Assembly: GCA_965228895.1 (NCBI GenBank)
Contig: OZ245842.1
Span: 3,200,001-3,264,000 of the forward strand
Source of the DNA: Alphaproteobacteria bacterium
GTDB taxonomy: Bacteria; Pseudomonadota; Alphaproteobacteria; SP197
Direction: 5' to 3'
DNA length: 64,000 nucleotides
In this document: positions 47,394 through 57,171 of the stretch, piece by piece
Numbering within the stretch: position 1 is the stretch's first letter
Layout: the number at the start of each line of letters is the position of its first letter
Made by a program: the position numbers and the translations under genes
Notes under the pieces: generated by a model
Seen by the model: the letters and a program-made list of their open reading frames with translations, nothing else
Database searches by the model: none
Told to the model about the DNA's origin: nothing

Positions 47394-47867
47394 TCAGATC
47401 ACCGCGCCACCGGCGTAGCTCAGCGCGTAACAGAGACGCCCGCCATCATGGATTTCTTCATGCCCCTCAAATCGGGCGGCATGACCTGACGCCACAGCGC
47501 TATACGTGAACGCGCCGCTCTTATGGTGCGCCGGCCCCCGGAACGGCCGGTCCTCCGGCACCAGGCGCAACGCCTCGCGCAGGAAACGATAGGTATCGCT
47601 GACCGCCTCATCGTCGATGCCGTCGACAACACCGCCGGAATAGCTCATCGCCCAGACCGCCCGGCGATCGTCATAGACCGTCTCCAAGCCGGTGAAGAGG
47701 CGCATGCCAAAATAGATATCGCGATAGAGCAGCGAGCCGTCCTGCCATTCCAACTGTTTGGAACACGGCAGCAGCGGCTCGGCGGCATCGGCATCATCGC
47801 CTTGGCCGGCATAAGTACGCCGCTTGGCTTCCATCAGGAAGCCCTTAAGACCATGGTTTTCCATCAT
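47394..47867 (-). CDS. DUF5680 family protein
   Basis: FL.EAKRRTYA, YRD.YFG..F.G.E.V, W.MSY.G, FLREAL, PFRGP. Confidence 0.85.
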   Translation of the reverse strand: MMENHGLKGFLMEAKRRTYAGQGDDADAAEPLLPCSKQLEWQDGSLLYRDIYFGMRLFTGLETVYDDRRAVWAMSYSGGVVDGIDDEAVSDTYRFLREALRLVPEDRPFRGPAHHKSGAFTYSAVASGHAARFEGHEEIHDGGRLCYALSYAGGAVI

Positions 47868-47890
47868 CTTATCCCTGGCTGAAAAATCGT

Positions 47891-48292
47891 TTACCCATCG
47901 CCGCTTGCCTCGTTTCGCGGCAGGCCATCGGCAAGGTGGATCCACGGCAACTGATCCCTGACGAACGAATGGTATTCCGGCGCAAACGCCTCCGGCTGCT
48001 CCATGCTCGCCACATAGAAATGAATCTCATTGGGGTAACGCTCGGTTGCAAATGCCACCGGCGTGCCGCAGGCATGACAGAAATAGCGTTTCGCGCCGGG
48101 CGACGACTCGTAAAACCTCGGTTCCGCACCGGTGAAGCGCCATGCGCCGTTGGGAACGCCGATCCACGTGGTGAACGGCGACGACGTGTTGCGCCGGCAA
48201 TCGCGGCAGTGGCAGTGCGCGCACCAGTTCTCCTGTCCCTCGTACGCGAACGTGACGGCGCCACACATACAGCGGCCTTTCTTGACGGTCAT
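47891..48292 (-). CDS. GFA family protein
   Basis: GRCMCG, HCHCRDCRR, FCHACGT. Confidence 0.9.
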   Translation of the reverse strand: MTVKKGRCMCGAVTFAYEGQENWCAHCHCRDCRRNTSSPFTTWIGVPNGAWRFTGAEPRFYESSPGAKRYFCHACGTPVAFATERYPNEIHFYVASMEQPEAFAPEYHSFVRDQLPWIHLADGLPRNEASGDG

Positions 48293-48376
48293 CCTTTCGG
48301 CTCCTCGTTGACGGCGGCGGCGCCTTATGCCGATGATCTCGGCATCAACGCGATGACTATAATGGGAGAACAAACC

Positions 48377-48796
48377 ATGGCCAAGGGATTCAACCCGTCG
48401 GGCACTTGGCAACCCCATGGCCGTGGCTTTTCCATGGGCGTCGTCCAGCATACCGGTCACGTTATCCACCTGACCGGTCAGGTCGCCTGGAACGAGGATG
48501 AAGAGATCGTGGGCCCGGGCGACATCGCCGCCCAGACGCACCAGTGCTTCGCCAACATCCGCGCGGTGCTGGCCGGCGCCGGGGGAATCCTGGACGACAT
48601 CGTCGCGGTCACCACCTACTTCACCGACCGCGCCCAACTCCCGGCGATCCAGGCCGTACGCACGGCCTATTTCGGCGGTGACACCGCGCCGGTCAGCGCC
48701 TCGGTGATGGTCGCCGGCCTCGGCCATCCCGATTTCCTGGTCGAACTGACGGTGGTTGCCGTCATTCCCAAAGACCGCTTCGTCGATCCCGCCTGA
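48377..48796 (+). CDS. RidA/YjgF family protein
   Basis: LTGQVA, QTHQCFANI, R..YF, LVEL..VA; GGGAG RBS. Confidence 0.88.
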   Translation: MAKGFNPSGTWQPHGRGFSMGVVQHTGHVIHLTGQVAWNEDEEIVGPGDIAAQTHQCFANIRAVLAGAGGILDDIVAVTTYFTDRAQLPAIQAVRTAYFGGDTAPVSASVMVAGLGHPDFLVELTVVAVIPKDRFVDPA

Positions 48797-48805
48797 CGCA
48801 AACTA

Positions 48806-49129
48806 TCACGCCTTGTCGAGGTAACGGTCCAAGCGGTCGAAACTGTCGTCCCAGAACTGCCGGTACTCGCCGGTCCACGCGTGCACCTCGCTCAGCGCGC
48901 CCGCACGCACCGCATAGATGCGCCGTCGCCCCTCCTTGCGGCGCGTCACCAGCCCGCTCTCCAGCAACACCTTCAGATGCTGCGACACCGCGCCCACGGT
49001 GACCGTCATGTCGGCGACAAGCTCTTGGACCGACCGCTCGCCGTCGCGCAACAGATCGAGCAGCCGGCGCCGGTTTTCGTCGGCAATCGCATGAAACACA
49101 TCGGCGGGCTTGCTCACCATCGTTCTCAT
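48806..49129 (-). CDS. ArsR/SmtB family regulator
   Basis: FHAIAD.NRR.LL, AVSQHLKVL..GLV. Confidence 0.9.
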   Translation of the reverse strand: MRTMVSKPADVFHAIADENRRRLLDLLRDGERSVQELVADMTVTVGAVSQHLKVLLESGLVTRRKEGRRRIYAVRAGALSEVHAWTGEYRQFWDDSFDRLDRYLDKA

Positions 49130-49132
49130 CCT

Positions 49133-49156
49133 ATATTATAGCGATCACTAAAATAT
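49133..49156. promoter_or_regulatory. Candidate ArsR operator
   Basis: ATATTATAG-N6-CTAAAATAT (8/9 inverted repeat) between divergent genes. Confidence 0.5.
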
Positions 49157-49216
49157 TAGCGCAGGTCCGCCGGCTATGCAGCCTTAATCGCCAGCGGGCC
49201 CTGGAGGGAAACCGAC

Positions 49217-49924
49217 ATGACACAGCACACCGTAGTTTCCAAAGACGAATGGGTCGCCGCGCGACGGGACCTGCTGGCCCAGGAGAAAGCCTTCATGCGC
49301 CAACGCGACGATCTAGCCGCCACGCGGCGCGGCCTGCCCTGGGTCAAGGTCGACAAGGACTACGTCTTTCACGGCGCTTCCGGCAATGTTTCCCTCGCCG
49401 AGCTGTTCGACGGGCGCAGCCAGCTCATGGTCTACCACTTCATGTTCGGCCCGGAATGGGAACAGGGCTGCCCAAGCTGCTCCTATCTGGCCGACCATTT
49501 CGACGGCCTCACCACGCACCTCGCCCAACGCGATGTCACGCTTGTCGCGGCCGCCCGCTCACCGCTCGACCGACTGCGCGCCTATAAGGACCGTATGGGT
49601 TGGCGGTTCCCCTTCGTCTCGTCGCTGGACAACGACTTCAACTTCGATTTCCACGTCTCGTTCACGCCCGAGGAACTGGCCGGTGGCGAGGTCTACTACA
49701 ACTATCACCAGACCCAGTTTCCGGTCGACGAAGCGCCGGGCATCAGCGTCTTTTTCAAGGACGACGACGGCGCGATCTATCACACCTATTCAAGTTATGC
49801 CCGCGGCCTCGACAACCTGATCGGCACCTACCAGTTCCTCGACCTCGCACCGAAGGGGCGCGACGAAGACAAGCTCGATTTCCCCATGGCCTGGGTGCGC
49901 CGCCACGACGAATACGGCAGCTGA
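49217..49924 (+). CDS. DUF899 thioredoxin-like protein
   Basis: EW.AAR..LL..EK, LFDGRSQL..YHFMF, GCPSCS, YHTYSSYARG. Confidence 0.92.
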   Translation: MTQHTVVSKDEWVAARRDLLAQEKAFMRQRDDLAATRRGLPWVKVDKDYVFHGASGNVSLAELFDGRSQLMVYHFMFGPEWEQGCPSCSYLADHFDGLTTHLAQRDVTLVAAARSPLDRLRAYKDRMGWRFPFVSSLDNDFNFDFHVSFTPEELAGGEVYYNYHQTQFPVDEAPGISVFFKDDDGAIYHTYSSYARGLDNLIGTYQFLDLAPKGRDEDKLDFPMAWVRRHDEYGS

Positions 49925-49981
49925 CGGTTTTTGACGTGGGTCAAGGCGCGGCCTCGTGACGGGCGCTACCGTCGCAAAATC

Positions 49982-50470
49982 ATGACCAACACACTCGTCG
50001 TCTGCTATTCGCGCACCGGGATAACGCGCCGTGTCGCCGATGCCATCGTCCTGGCGACCGGCGCGACGCTCGAAACCATCACGGAGGCACGCAGCCGCGG
50101 CGGCTTCTTCAACTACATGCGCTCGGGCAAGGAGGCGCTCTTCAGGCGCGCCGCGCCCATCGAACCGACGCAGCACGACCCCGCCGATTTCGATCTCGTC
50201 CTACTCGGATGTCCGGTCTGGGCCGGTCACATCCCCTCACCCATGCTGGCCTATATCGACGCCAACAAACAGCATATGCGCCGCGTCGCCTTCTTCGCGA
50301 CGCAGATGTCATCCAGCGCCGAAAAGATGTTTCGTCAGATGGCGGCGCAGATCGGACACGATCCCGTCGCCACATTGGTCCTGCTGCAGCGCGACGTCGA
50401 AGCCGACGCCTATCGCGACGCCGCTACACGGTTCGCCGACGAACTCAGCACCGCGCACCGCACAGCCTGA
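49982..50470 (+). CDS. Flavodoxin family protein
   Basis: YSRTGITR, LGCPVWAG, VAFFAT. Confidence 0.85.
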   Translation: MTNTLVVCYSRTGITRRVADAIVLATGATLETITEARSRGGFFNYMRSGKEALFRRAAPIEPTQHDPADFDLVLLGCPVWAGHIPSPMLAYIDANKQHMRRVAFFATQMSSSAEKMFRQMAAQIGHDPVATLVLLQRDVEADAYRDAATRFADELSTAHRTA

Positions 50471-50632
50471 GAACCGCGGCAGCGCTGTGGCGCATGCCTT
50501 TCCAACATATCTGTGACCGCCACGGCGTTGACTTCATTGATACCGCACGCCACGTTCCCACTTACAGGCGATCAGCCGCCGAGCCGCGCGGGCGCCGGCA
50601 ACTGTGTTTCAGGCAACGGGGGTACGTTGACG

Positions 50633-50767
50633 ATGAAGGTTCTTTTGATTGCAGCCGCTCTGCTTGGCGCCGTGACACTGTCTGCCTGCGACAAGAACTC
50701 GATCGCCGCGCCCTGCTTCAACGAAAACATCGGCGGCGGCTTCGGCTCCTGCGGCAGCAACCGCTAA
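50633..50767 (+). CDS. Small lipoprotein (44 aa)
   Basis: MKVLLIAAALLGAVTLSA|CDKNSIAAPCFNENIGGGFGSCGSNR; LSAC lipobox. Confidence 0.7.
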   Translation: MKVLLIAAALLGAVTLSACDKNSIAAPCFNENIGGGFGSCGSNR

Positions 50768-50778
50768 ACCTAGCGCCG

Positions 50779-51393
50779 TCAAGCAGCCTGACTACTGGCG
50801 GGATCGTCGAACGCGCCGATCTGAAGCGCTAGGTCACGAGCGGTTTCGCGGACTTCGTTGGCGAAAGCGGCATCATCAACCGTGCGCGCCATGACCATGC
50901 CGCCGATACACAAAGTGGCGATCGCAATGGCCTTGCGGCGCGCCGTCTCGTCGCCGCCGCCCACGCCTGATTGAAACATGCCGATCATGCCCTGCAGCAG
51001 CATCTGATAGGTCTCGCGCATGACCGGCCCGGCGCGCGCGATATCCGACGGCAACGCGACCATCGGGCAGTGGTAATCCAGATCCTCCAGATGCGGCCGT
51101 GACAGATAGGCGTTGACGATCTGCGCGGCGAACGTCTGACGCTCGCCCCCAAAGTCGACATCGACGCCGTCCCAGCGCTCGGACGGATTGCAGGTCGCGT
51201 AAAATTTCACGGCCTCGCAGAACAGTTCTTCCTTGTTGCGGAAGTGATTGTAGAAACCGCCGCGCGTCAGGCCGGCCTCGGCCATGACCTGATCGATGGA
51301 GACTTCGCTGAAGCCGTACCGGTTAAACAGACGGCGCGCGCACTCGATGATCCGTACGCGGGTTTCCTCTTTGTGTTCAGGGCGATAGGGCAT
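50779..51393 (-). CDS. TetR family regulator
   Basis: VMAEAGLTRGGFYNHFRNKEEL; CPMVAL. Confidence 0.9.
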   Translation of the reverse strand: MPYRPEHKEETRVRIIECARRLFNRYGFSEVSIDQVMAEAGLTRGGFYNHFRNKEELFCEAVKFYATCNPSERWDGVDVDFGGERQTFAAQIVNAYLSRPHLEDLDYHCPMVALPSDIARAGPVMRETYQMLLQGMIGMFQSGVGGGDETARRKAIAIATLCIGGMVMARTVDDAAFANEVRETARDLALQIGAFDDPASSQAA

Positions 51394-51434
51394 GATCGCG
51401 GTCCTCCTTCACGATCATGTTAGCGTCATCGAGT

Positions 51435-51452
51435 ATATGTTCTTGATCATAT
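51435..51452. promoter_or_regulatory. Candidate TetR operator
   Basis: ATATG-N8-CATAT in the divergent tetR/GST spacer. Confidence 0.45.
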
Positions 51453-51495
51453 TTTCGTTGTTTCGAGACTGACCCTCCCACGAAGGAGGAAGCTT

Positions 51496-52125
51496 ATGCA
51501 GCTCTACTATTTCGAGACCCCGAACGCGCGCAAACCCTGTGCGGTCGCCCGCCACACCGGTGCGCCGGTGGAGTATGTGCTGATCGACTTGACCAAGGGC
51601 GAGCACAAAACCCCGGAGTACCTCGCGATCAACCCGAATGGCAAGATTCCGGCATTGCGCGATGGCGATACCCGCATCTGGGAGTCCTGCGCCATCATGT
51701 GTTACCTCGCCCAGAAAACCGGCTCGGATCTTTGGCCCAGCGACCCCGCCCGACAAGTCGAGGTGCTGCGCTGGTTGCAATGGGATACCGCTCACTTCTC
51801 GCGGCATGCTCAGGCGTTCGTGTTTCAACACCTGATCAAGCCGGCTTTTGGTTTGGGCGACCCAGACCCGGCGGCGCTCGAAGAAGCCACAGGGTTTTTC
51901 CACCAGTTCGCCGGTGTGCTCGAAAACCATCTGAAGGGCCGCGACAGCCTGGTCGGCGACGGCCTGACGATCGCCGACTTCGCGGTCGCCTCTGCGCTGC
52001 CTTACGCGGAAAAGGCCAATATGCCGCTCGGCGGTTACGCCGAGATCAATCGCTGGCATGACGCGATGATGACACTGCCGGCGTGGCGAGACCCCTACCC
52101 CTCAGACCTCGCAAAGTCGGCCTGA
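51496..52125 (+). CDS. Glutathione S-transferase
   Basis: INPNGKIPAL, WESCAI, LTIADF. Confidence 0.92.
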   Translation: MQLYYFETPNARKPCAVARHTGAPVEYVLIDLTKGEHKTPEYLAINPNGKIPALRDGDTRIWESCAIMCYLAQKTGSDLWPSDPARQVEVLRWLQWDTAHFSRHAQAFVFQHLIKPAFGLGDPDPAALEEATGFFHQFAGVLENHLKGRDSLVGDGLTIADFAVASALPYAEKANMPLGGYAEINRWHDAMMTLPAWRDPYPSDLAKSA

Positions 52126-52186
52126 GGTCACGTCCGTTGCCGCGCGGTGGCGGGATCACATTCCCGCCGCCGCGCAGCAACAAGCT

Positions 52187-53221
52187 CTAACTTCCCATAA
52201 TCAGGCCGTACGCCATTCCTGCCAGCACCGCGCCGGTGAAGCCCAGCACCACGTAGGCGGCGAAAACACGCCGGTTGACCAAGGCGAAAACCGCCATCAT
52301 TGCGGGAATGCAGCTGACGGCACCGGCAACGATGAACGCCATGCCGGCGCCCACACTCATGCCCTGCTCGATCAGGCCCGCGACCAGCAGCGGGGCGGCA
52401 TAACCGTTCAGATAGGCGGGCACACCGACCAGCGCGCTCAACACGATCGGGCCGATACCGGATCCGCCGACCATACTGGCGATCGCGTCGGCCGGCACAT
52501 AGGCGACCATCAGGCTTTCCAAGAGATAGGCCAACGTCAGCCACTTCAGCAGGAAGTATGTGTTGGCCAGCGACTCCCGGCTGAAGACCTCGCGGCGCGA
52601 CGCCTCGCGCCAGAATAACCACACGGGCCTGCCGTCAAACCGTGACGGACCGCAGCCACAGCCCAAGCCTGCCGCGCCGGCGCGCAACGGGTTGGCGAAC
52701 CAGCCCCGCGTCATCGCCATCTTGATGGCAAAACCACCCATCAGCCCGATGCTCACCGCGGCCACGGCCTTAGCAACCGCGAACGGCCAGCCGAGCGCGC
52801 CGGCGGTAATCAAGAGCGATGGCGGATCGATCAGCGGTGACGCCAACCAGAACGCCATGACGGCCGAGACCGGCGTGCCGAGCGCCAGCATGCCGGCGAT
52901 AAACGGAATGACCTCGCACGAGCAGAACGGCGCCAGCCCACCGAACAGCGCGGCCAGCACGATCATGCGCGTTTCACGTCCTTCAAAGGCGCGCGCGATC
53001 ATCGTCTCCGCGCCGCTTGCCTTCAGGTAGCCGATGCTCACGACGGCAAACAGCATGTAAGGCGCGGTCGACAGCATCGCGCTGCCCGTGGAACGCAACG
53101 ACGGCAAGAACTGCGCGTTGTCCAACACCGCCAGTACGGCAAAAACGACCGCAATGGTCAGCCAGACCCGGTCGACCTTAAGGCCGCCCAGCGCGCCAAG
53201 CCGTTCAACCAGCGCGGTCAT
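52187..53221 (-). CDS. ArsP/DUF318 family permease
   Basis: PFCSCEVIP, F.LASPLIDP, CGCG loop, GVPAYLN. Confidence 0.88.
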   Translation of the reverse strand: MTALVERLGALGGLKVDRVWLTIAVVFAVLAVLDNAQFLPSLRSTGSAMLSTAPYMLFAVVSIGYLKASGAETMIARAFEGRETRMIVLAALFGGLAPFCSCEVIPFIAGMLALGTPVSAVMAFWLASPLIDPPSLLITAGALGWPFAVAKAVAAVSIGLMGGFAIKMAMTRGWFANPLRAGAAGLGCGCGPSRFDGRPVWLFWREASRREVFSRESLANTYFLLKWLTLAYLLESLMVAYVPADAIASMVGGSGIGPIVLSALVGVPAYLNGYAAPLLVAGLIEQGMSVGAGMAFIVAGAVSCIPAMMAVFALVNRRVFAAYVVLGFTGAVLAGMAYGLIMGS

Positions 53222-53553
53222 GACACTTTCCCGGCGACCTTGTCATTTGCCGGATGCAGGGCGTCCTGACAGCACTCGCACAGTAGAAAATCGGCCAGAC
53301 TCTGAAGCCGGTCATAGGCCGCGCGGTTGATGATCGCGCGCCCCTGCTTTTCCTGCGTCACGACTCCGGCGGCAGCCAGGAAACGCAGGTGATGCGCCAA
53401 CGTTGACGCCGGTATCTCCATACGGTTCTGGATTTCACCAACGGTCAGCCCATCATGGCCGGCTCTTACCAGCGACAACAAGACCTCCAGCCGCGGTTCT
53501 GATCCAACGGCCGCAAAGCCCTGGGCCGCCTCCTCAACGCCAACTGTTTCCAT
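53218..53553 (-). CDS. ArsR family regulator with C-terminal CECC
   Basis: RL.VL..LVRAG, PASTLAHHL, FLLCECC; 4-nt overlap with the permease. Confidence 0.9.
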   Translation of the reverse strand: METVGVEEAAQGFAAVGSEPRLEVLLSLVRAGHDGLTVGEIQNRMEIPASTLAHHLRFLAAAGVVTQEKQGRAIINRAAYDRLQSLADFLLCECCQDALHPANDKVAGKVS

Positions 53554-53579
53554 AGCTCGTCACCAATTCGATTAGACTT

Positions 53580-53603
53580 ATATAACTAGTTTTCTAGTTA
53601 TAT
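53580..53603. promoter_or_regulatory. Likely ArsR operator palindrome
   Basis: Perfect ATATAACTAG-TTTT-CTAGTTATAT just upstream of the arsR-like start. Confidence 0.75.
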
Positions 53604-53771
53604 TTTGTCAAGACGAAATGCGAAACGTGGTTTTGACCGCGATTCACGATTCTGCGTTGGGCCCGGCGATTTCTCCCAGGCGCCGCTTGAAGCGGCGCGC
53701 ATAAGTGCCAATCTCGAACTCTACCAACCGACCGATGAACCAACGCCGCGCGATTGGAGGGAAACGAGATC

Positions 53772-54176
53772 ATGGCGAAGAAACCACGGACTTACGAAGG
53801 CGGCTGCCTGTGCGGCAACATCCGTTACACCGTCACCGCCGAGCCCGAGTTTCCTCATCTGTGTTCGTGCACCATGTGCCGGCGCTGGAGCGGCGCGCCA
53901 ACCACCGCCTGGGTGGAATTTCCGCTCGCCAACTTTGAGTGGACCGGACCGGGCGGTGAGCCCCGGTACTTTCGCTCGTCGGCAAAATCCCAGCGCGGCA
54001 ATTGCCCGACCTGCGGCAGCGCGATGTGCACCATCGACGACGGCTACGACAACATCTCCTTGATGATCGGCAGCCTTGACCGCCCCAACCTGATCGTTCC
54101 GGACGTGCAACACAGCTACAAGTCGTTTCGGCCAAAATGGTGGCACCCGGAAGTCGGCAAAACCAAAGCCGGCTAG
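53772..54176 (+). CDS. GFA family protein
   Basis: GGCLCG, LCSCTMCRR, CPTCGS. Confidence 0.9.
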   Translation: MAKKPRTYEGGCLCGNIRYTVTAEPEFPHLCSCTMCRRWSGAPTTAWVEFPLANFEWTGPGGEPRYFRSSAKSQRGNCPTCGSAMCTIDDGYDNISLMIGSLDRPNLIVPDVQHSYKSFRPKWWHPEVGKTKAG

Positions 54177-54292
54177 AGCCGTAGCCGGCACCGCGGCCGG
54201 CATCGCCAAACTTTGCCCCTCGACCGACGCGCGGCTTTGTCGCAATCTAGCGAGCAACGCCGCGTCAAAGGGCTTTTTTGGGGGCTTGGGTC

Positions 54293-54718
54293 ATGGTTTC
54301 GGAGCCACATCGTCGCGCCGCCTGTCAGTGCGGCCAACTCAGTGTCACCGTCACCGGCGACCCCGACTTCGCCGTCGCGTGTCATTGCATCGCGTGCCAG
54401 CGGCGCACCGGCAGCCCGTTCGGCATCGGCGCCTATTACCGGCGTGACCAGGTCGAAAGCATAGACGGCAACGAGAAAACCTTCGACCGCGTCGCTGAAT
54501 CGGGGCGCAGTCTGGCCAACCATTTCTGCCCCGACTGCGGCACCAATCTCTATTGGACGCTCGAGATGCGGCCCGACCACATGGGCATCGCACTCGGCTG
54601 TTTCGACGATCCCCACTTCGTGAAACCCGCCCGCACCATCTGGACCGAACACCAGCACGCGTGGATTCACCTGCCCGACGACCTTCCGGCCTTCAAAAAA
54701 GCAACACCACCGGGCTAA
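54293..54718 (+). CDS. GFA family protein
   Basis: CQCGQL, CHCIACQRRTGS, FCPDCGT. Confidence 0.9.
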   Translation: MVSEPHRRAACQCGQLSVTVTGDPDFAVACHCIACQRRTGSPFGIGAYYRRDQVESIDGNEKTFDRVAESGRSLANHFCPDCGTNLYWTLEMRPDHMGIALGCFDDPHFVKPARTIWTEHQHAWIHLPDDLPAFKKATPPG

Positions 54719-54761
54719 CGGCGCTTGGCGGGGCAACGACGCTAACGGCTCAGGAGGCAAC

Positions 54762-56027
54762 ATGGCAACGGTCGACAAGCGGGCGGTTATGGCGGGCGCT
54801 ATCGGCAACGCGCTCGAATGGTATGACTTCGCCGTCTTCGGCTTTTTCGCGACAGCCATCAGCCAGCAGTTCTTTCCCTCCAGCGATCCGATAGCGAGCC
54901 TGATCAACACCTTCGGCGTTTTTGCCGCTGGCTATCTGATGCGGCCCATCGGCGGGCTGATCTTTGGCTGGATTGGTGATCGGCTCGGACGACGGCGCGC
55001 GCTGCGCATCTCGATCATCGCCATGGCCATTCCGACCACGCTCATCACCGTACTGCCGACCCATGCCGACATCGGAGTTATGGCAGCGGTTTTGCTCGTG
55101 GTGTTGCGGCTGGCCCAGGGCCTCTCCGTTGGCGGCGAGTTCATCGGTTCGATATGTTATCTCGTCGAGACCGCACCCAAGGGCCGACGCGGTTTTGCTG
55201 GAAGCTGGGTTACCTTCACCACCGTCGGCGGCATGCTGCTGGGCTCGGCCGTTGCCGCCTTGCTGCATCTTCTCCTAACCGACGCGCAGATCGACGCATG
55301 GGGTTGGCGCCTACCGTTTTTGGGCGGTTTGATTGTGGGGATCGTCGGTTACTGGATGCGCCGGCGCTTGACCGAATCGCCGGAGTTCGAAGCCATCGTC
55401 GAGGTGCACCAACTGTCTTCGGAGCCCCTCGGCGAAGCGTTCCGCGACATGCCGTGGCGCATTCTCCAAACCGGCGGTGTCGTGCTGCTGCTGGGTGTCG
55501 GCATTTACACCCTGTTCGTCTGGATGCCCACTTACCTCTCCAGCATTCTGACGCCCGCCGTGCCGCACGCCCTCCTGATCAACACCGCCGCCATGATCCT
55601 CATGCTTGGCGTCATCGTGCTGGCGGGGCGTGCCGATGACCGCTTCGGCTACAAACCCGTGCTGCTATCGGCGACGGTTCTAATGGCTATCGTCGTCTGG
55701 CCGTTGTTTGCATGGATCGATACGTCCACCCTGATAGCCGTCATCGTTGCTCAGATCATCTTCGCCGTGCTCAACGGCCTTATCCAAGGTTCTATTCCGG
55801 TGACCCTGGTCGAGATCTTTCCGACGCGCCTGCGCTACAGCGCCATTGCACTCGGCTACAACGTGACGCTGGCGATCTTCGGCGGCACGGCGCCGCTGGT
55901 CGCGACCTGGCTGATCCACCGGACCGGCGACCTCTCCGCACCCGCCTGGTACCTCATCGCCATCGCCGTCGTCACCGCGATCGCGACGGCCGCTTTGCGG
56001 CCCCATCCGGATGCCCAGCAGCGCTAA
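54762..56027 (+). CDS. MFS transporter (ProP/KgtP family)
   Basis: GNALEWYDF, GDRLGRR, QGLSVGGE, WGWRLPF; AGGAGG RBS. Confidence 0.92.
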   Translation: MATVDKRAVMAGAIGNALEWYDFAVFGFFATAISQQFFPSSDPIASLINTFGVFAAGYLMRPIGGLIFGWIGDRLGRRRALRISIIAMAIPTTLITVLPTHADIGVMAAVLLVVLRLAQGLSVGGEFIGSICYLVETAPKGRRGFAGSWVTFTTVGGMLLGSAVAALLHLLLTDAQIDAWGWRLPFLGGLIVGIVGYWMRRRLTESPEFEAIVEVHQLSSEPLGEAFRDMPWRILQTGGVVLLLGVGIYTLFVWMPTYLSSILTPAVPHALLINTAAMILMLGVIVLAGRADDRFGYKPVLLSATVLMAIVVWPLFAWIDTSTLIAVIVAQIIFAVLNGLIQGSIPVTLVEIFPTRLRYSAIALGYNVTLAIFGGTAPLVATWLIHRTGDLSAPAWYLIAIAVVTAIATAALRPHPDAQQR

Positions 56028-56204
56028 CTGTGTCGCAGAAGCGCCCAGAAACCGGCGATTCGTGGTGGTTCGCGCTGCTTTTCATCTAAGCCGTGCGGAC
56101 CGTCACTGACGCATCGCCGCGTACAAGGCCAACTGCCGCCCACGTCCAATTGCGGGCGTTCAGGAAACCCGGTAATCGTTAACGCGATGCCACGCGGGGA
56201 ATGG

Positions 56205-56687
56205 ATGATGAAAGCGCCAACCGTCTTTTTGCTCGTCACGATACTGGCCGTTCCGGCGGTCGCCTATGACGAAGCTGACCTCACGCGCCTCAAGGAAACC
56301 GGCAACTGCGCCTCGTGCGATCTTAGCGGTGCACCGATGGCGTCGTTGTTCCTGCCGGGCGCCGATCTGAGCGGCAGCGATCTCACCAACGCGGATCTGC
56401 GCCGGACGGAACTGAGCGGCGCCAGTTTCGGCAACGCCATCCTCAACGGTGCTGACTTGAGCGACGCCAACGCCGCCTACGCCGACTTCAGCGCTGCTGA
56501 TCTGCGCGAAGCCGACCTCAGCCGCGCCAACTTCTATTCGGCGGACATGCGCGAGGCCGTTCTCAGCAACGCCAATCTAGAAGGTGCGAACTTCGCCCGC
56601 GCCCACCGCGCGGGCATTACGGCCGTCGGCGCCAATATCTGCAGAACCACCATGCCCGACGGGCACGTCGAACACGGCAACTGCTGA
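56205..56687 (+). CDS. Secreted pentapeptide repeat protein
   Basis: Signal ending AVA|Y; CASCDLSGA cap; A(D/N)Lxx repeats; C-terminal C.TTMPDG..C. Confidence 0.9.
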   Translation: MMKAPTVFLLVTILAVPAVAYDEADLTRLKETGNCASCDLSGAPMASLFLPGADLSGSDLTNADLRRTELSGASFGNAILNGADLSDANAAYADFSAADLREADLSRANFYSADMREAVLSNANLEGANFARAHRAGITAVGANICRTTMPDGHVEHGNC

Positions 56688-56719
56688 AAACGCGGCGCAA
56701 TTAGGTCCGCGCGCCGCGC

Positions 56720-57040
56720 CTACTCCTCATACGTGGTCATGCCGGGGATGTCCGGCGTGATAGGCGGCGGCAGAGCCGACTCAGTTTCCGAAAAGAGCGT
56801 CGGCTCCCACAGTATCACGGAGTTCTCTTCGTCCTGATGCGCCTGCCATGTCCGTCCGGTCGCGCTATCGAACACATAAAGTCCGTCGCCCGCGGACACC
56901 AGATGGTAGCGCCCGACATCCGCGCCGCTCGCCGTACCGGCCGGCTGGGCGATAAACACGTCGGCCTTGACCGGCGGGACCATCAGCACCGCCAGCGCGA
57001 GAACCGTGATGGCGACTGTAACGGTCAGCATGGATTTCAT
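56720..57040 (-). CDS. Secreted hypothetical protein
   Basis: Signal ending VKA|D; GRY.L..YVFDSATGRTW. Confidence 0.75.
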   Translation of the reverse strand: MKSMLTVTVAITVLALAVLMVPPVKADVFIAQPAGTASGADVGRYHLVSAGDGLYVFDSATGRTWQAHQDEENSVILWEPTLFSETESALPPPITPDIPGMTTYEE

Positions 57041-57171
57041 GGCGCTTCCCCGTGTTTGTTTGCGCTACTATGCCATGGCTTCAAGCGCGCCCGAAAGGCG
57101 GCTTGTGGAAGATTTCACGCACGAAGCGTAATCTGATGACACGGTTGGGCGCATTGCCGTTGGGGGGAGCG

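Noticed and set aside
47411-47440. tRNA-like GGCGTAGCTCAG near the phage relic
   Set aside because: No T-arm or acceptor stem; it is the antisense of the coding segment YALSYAGG
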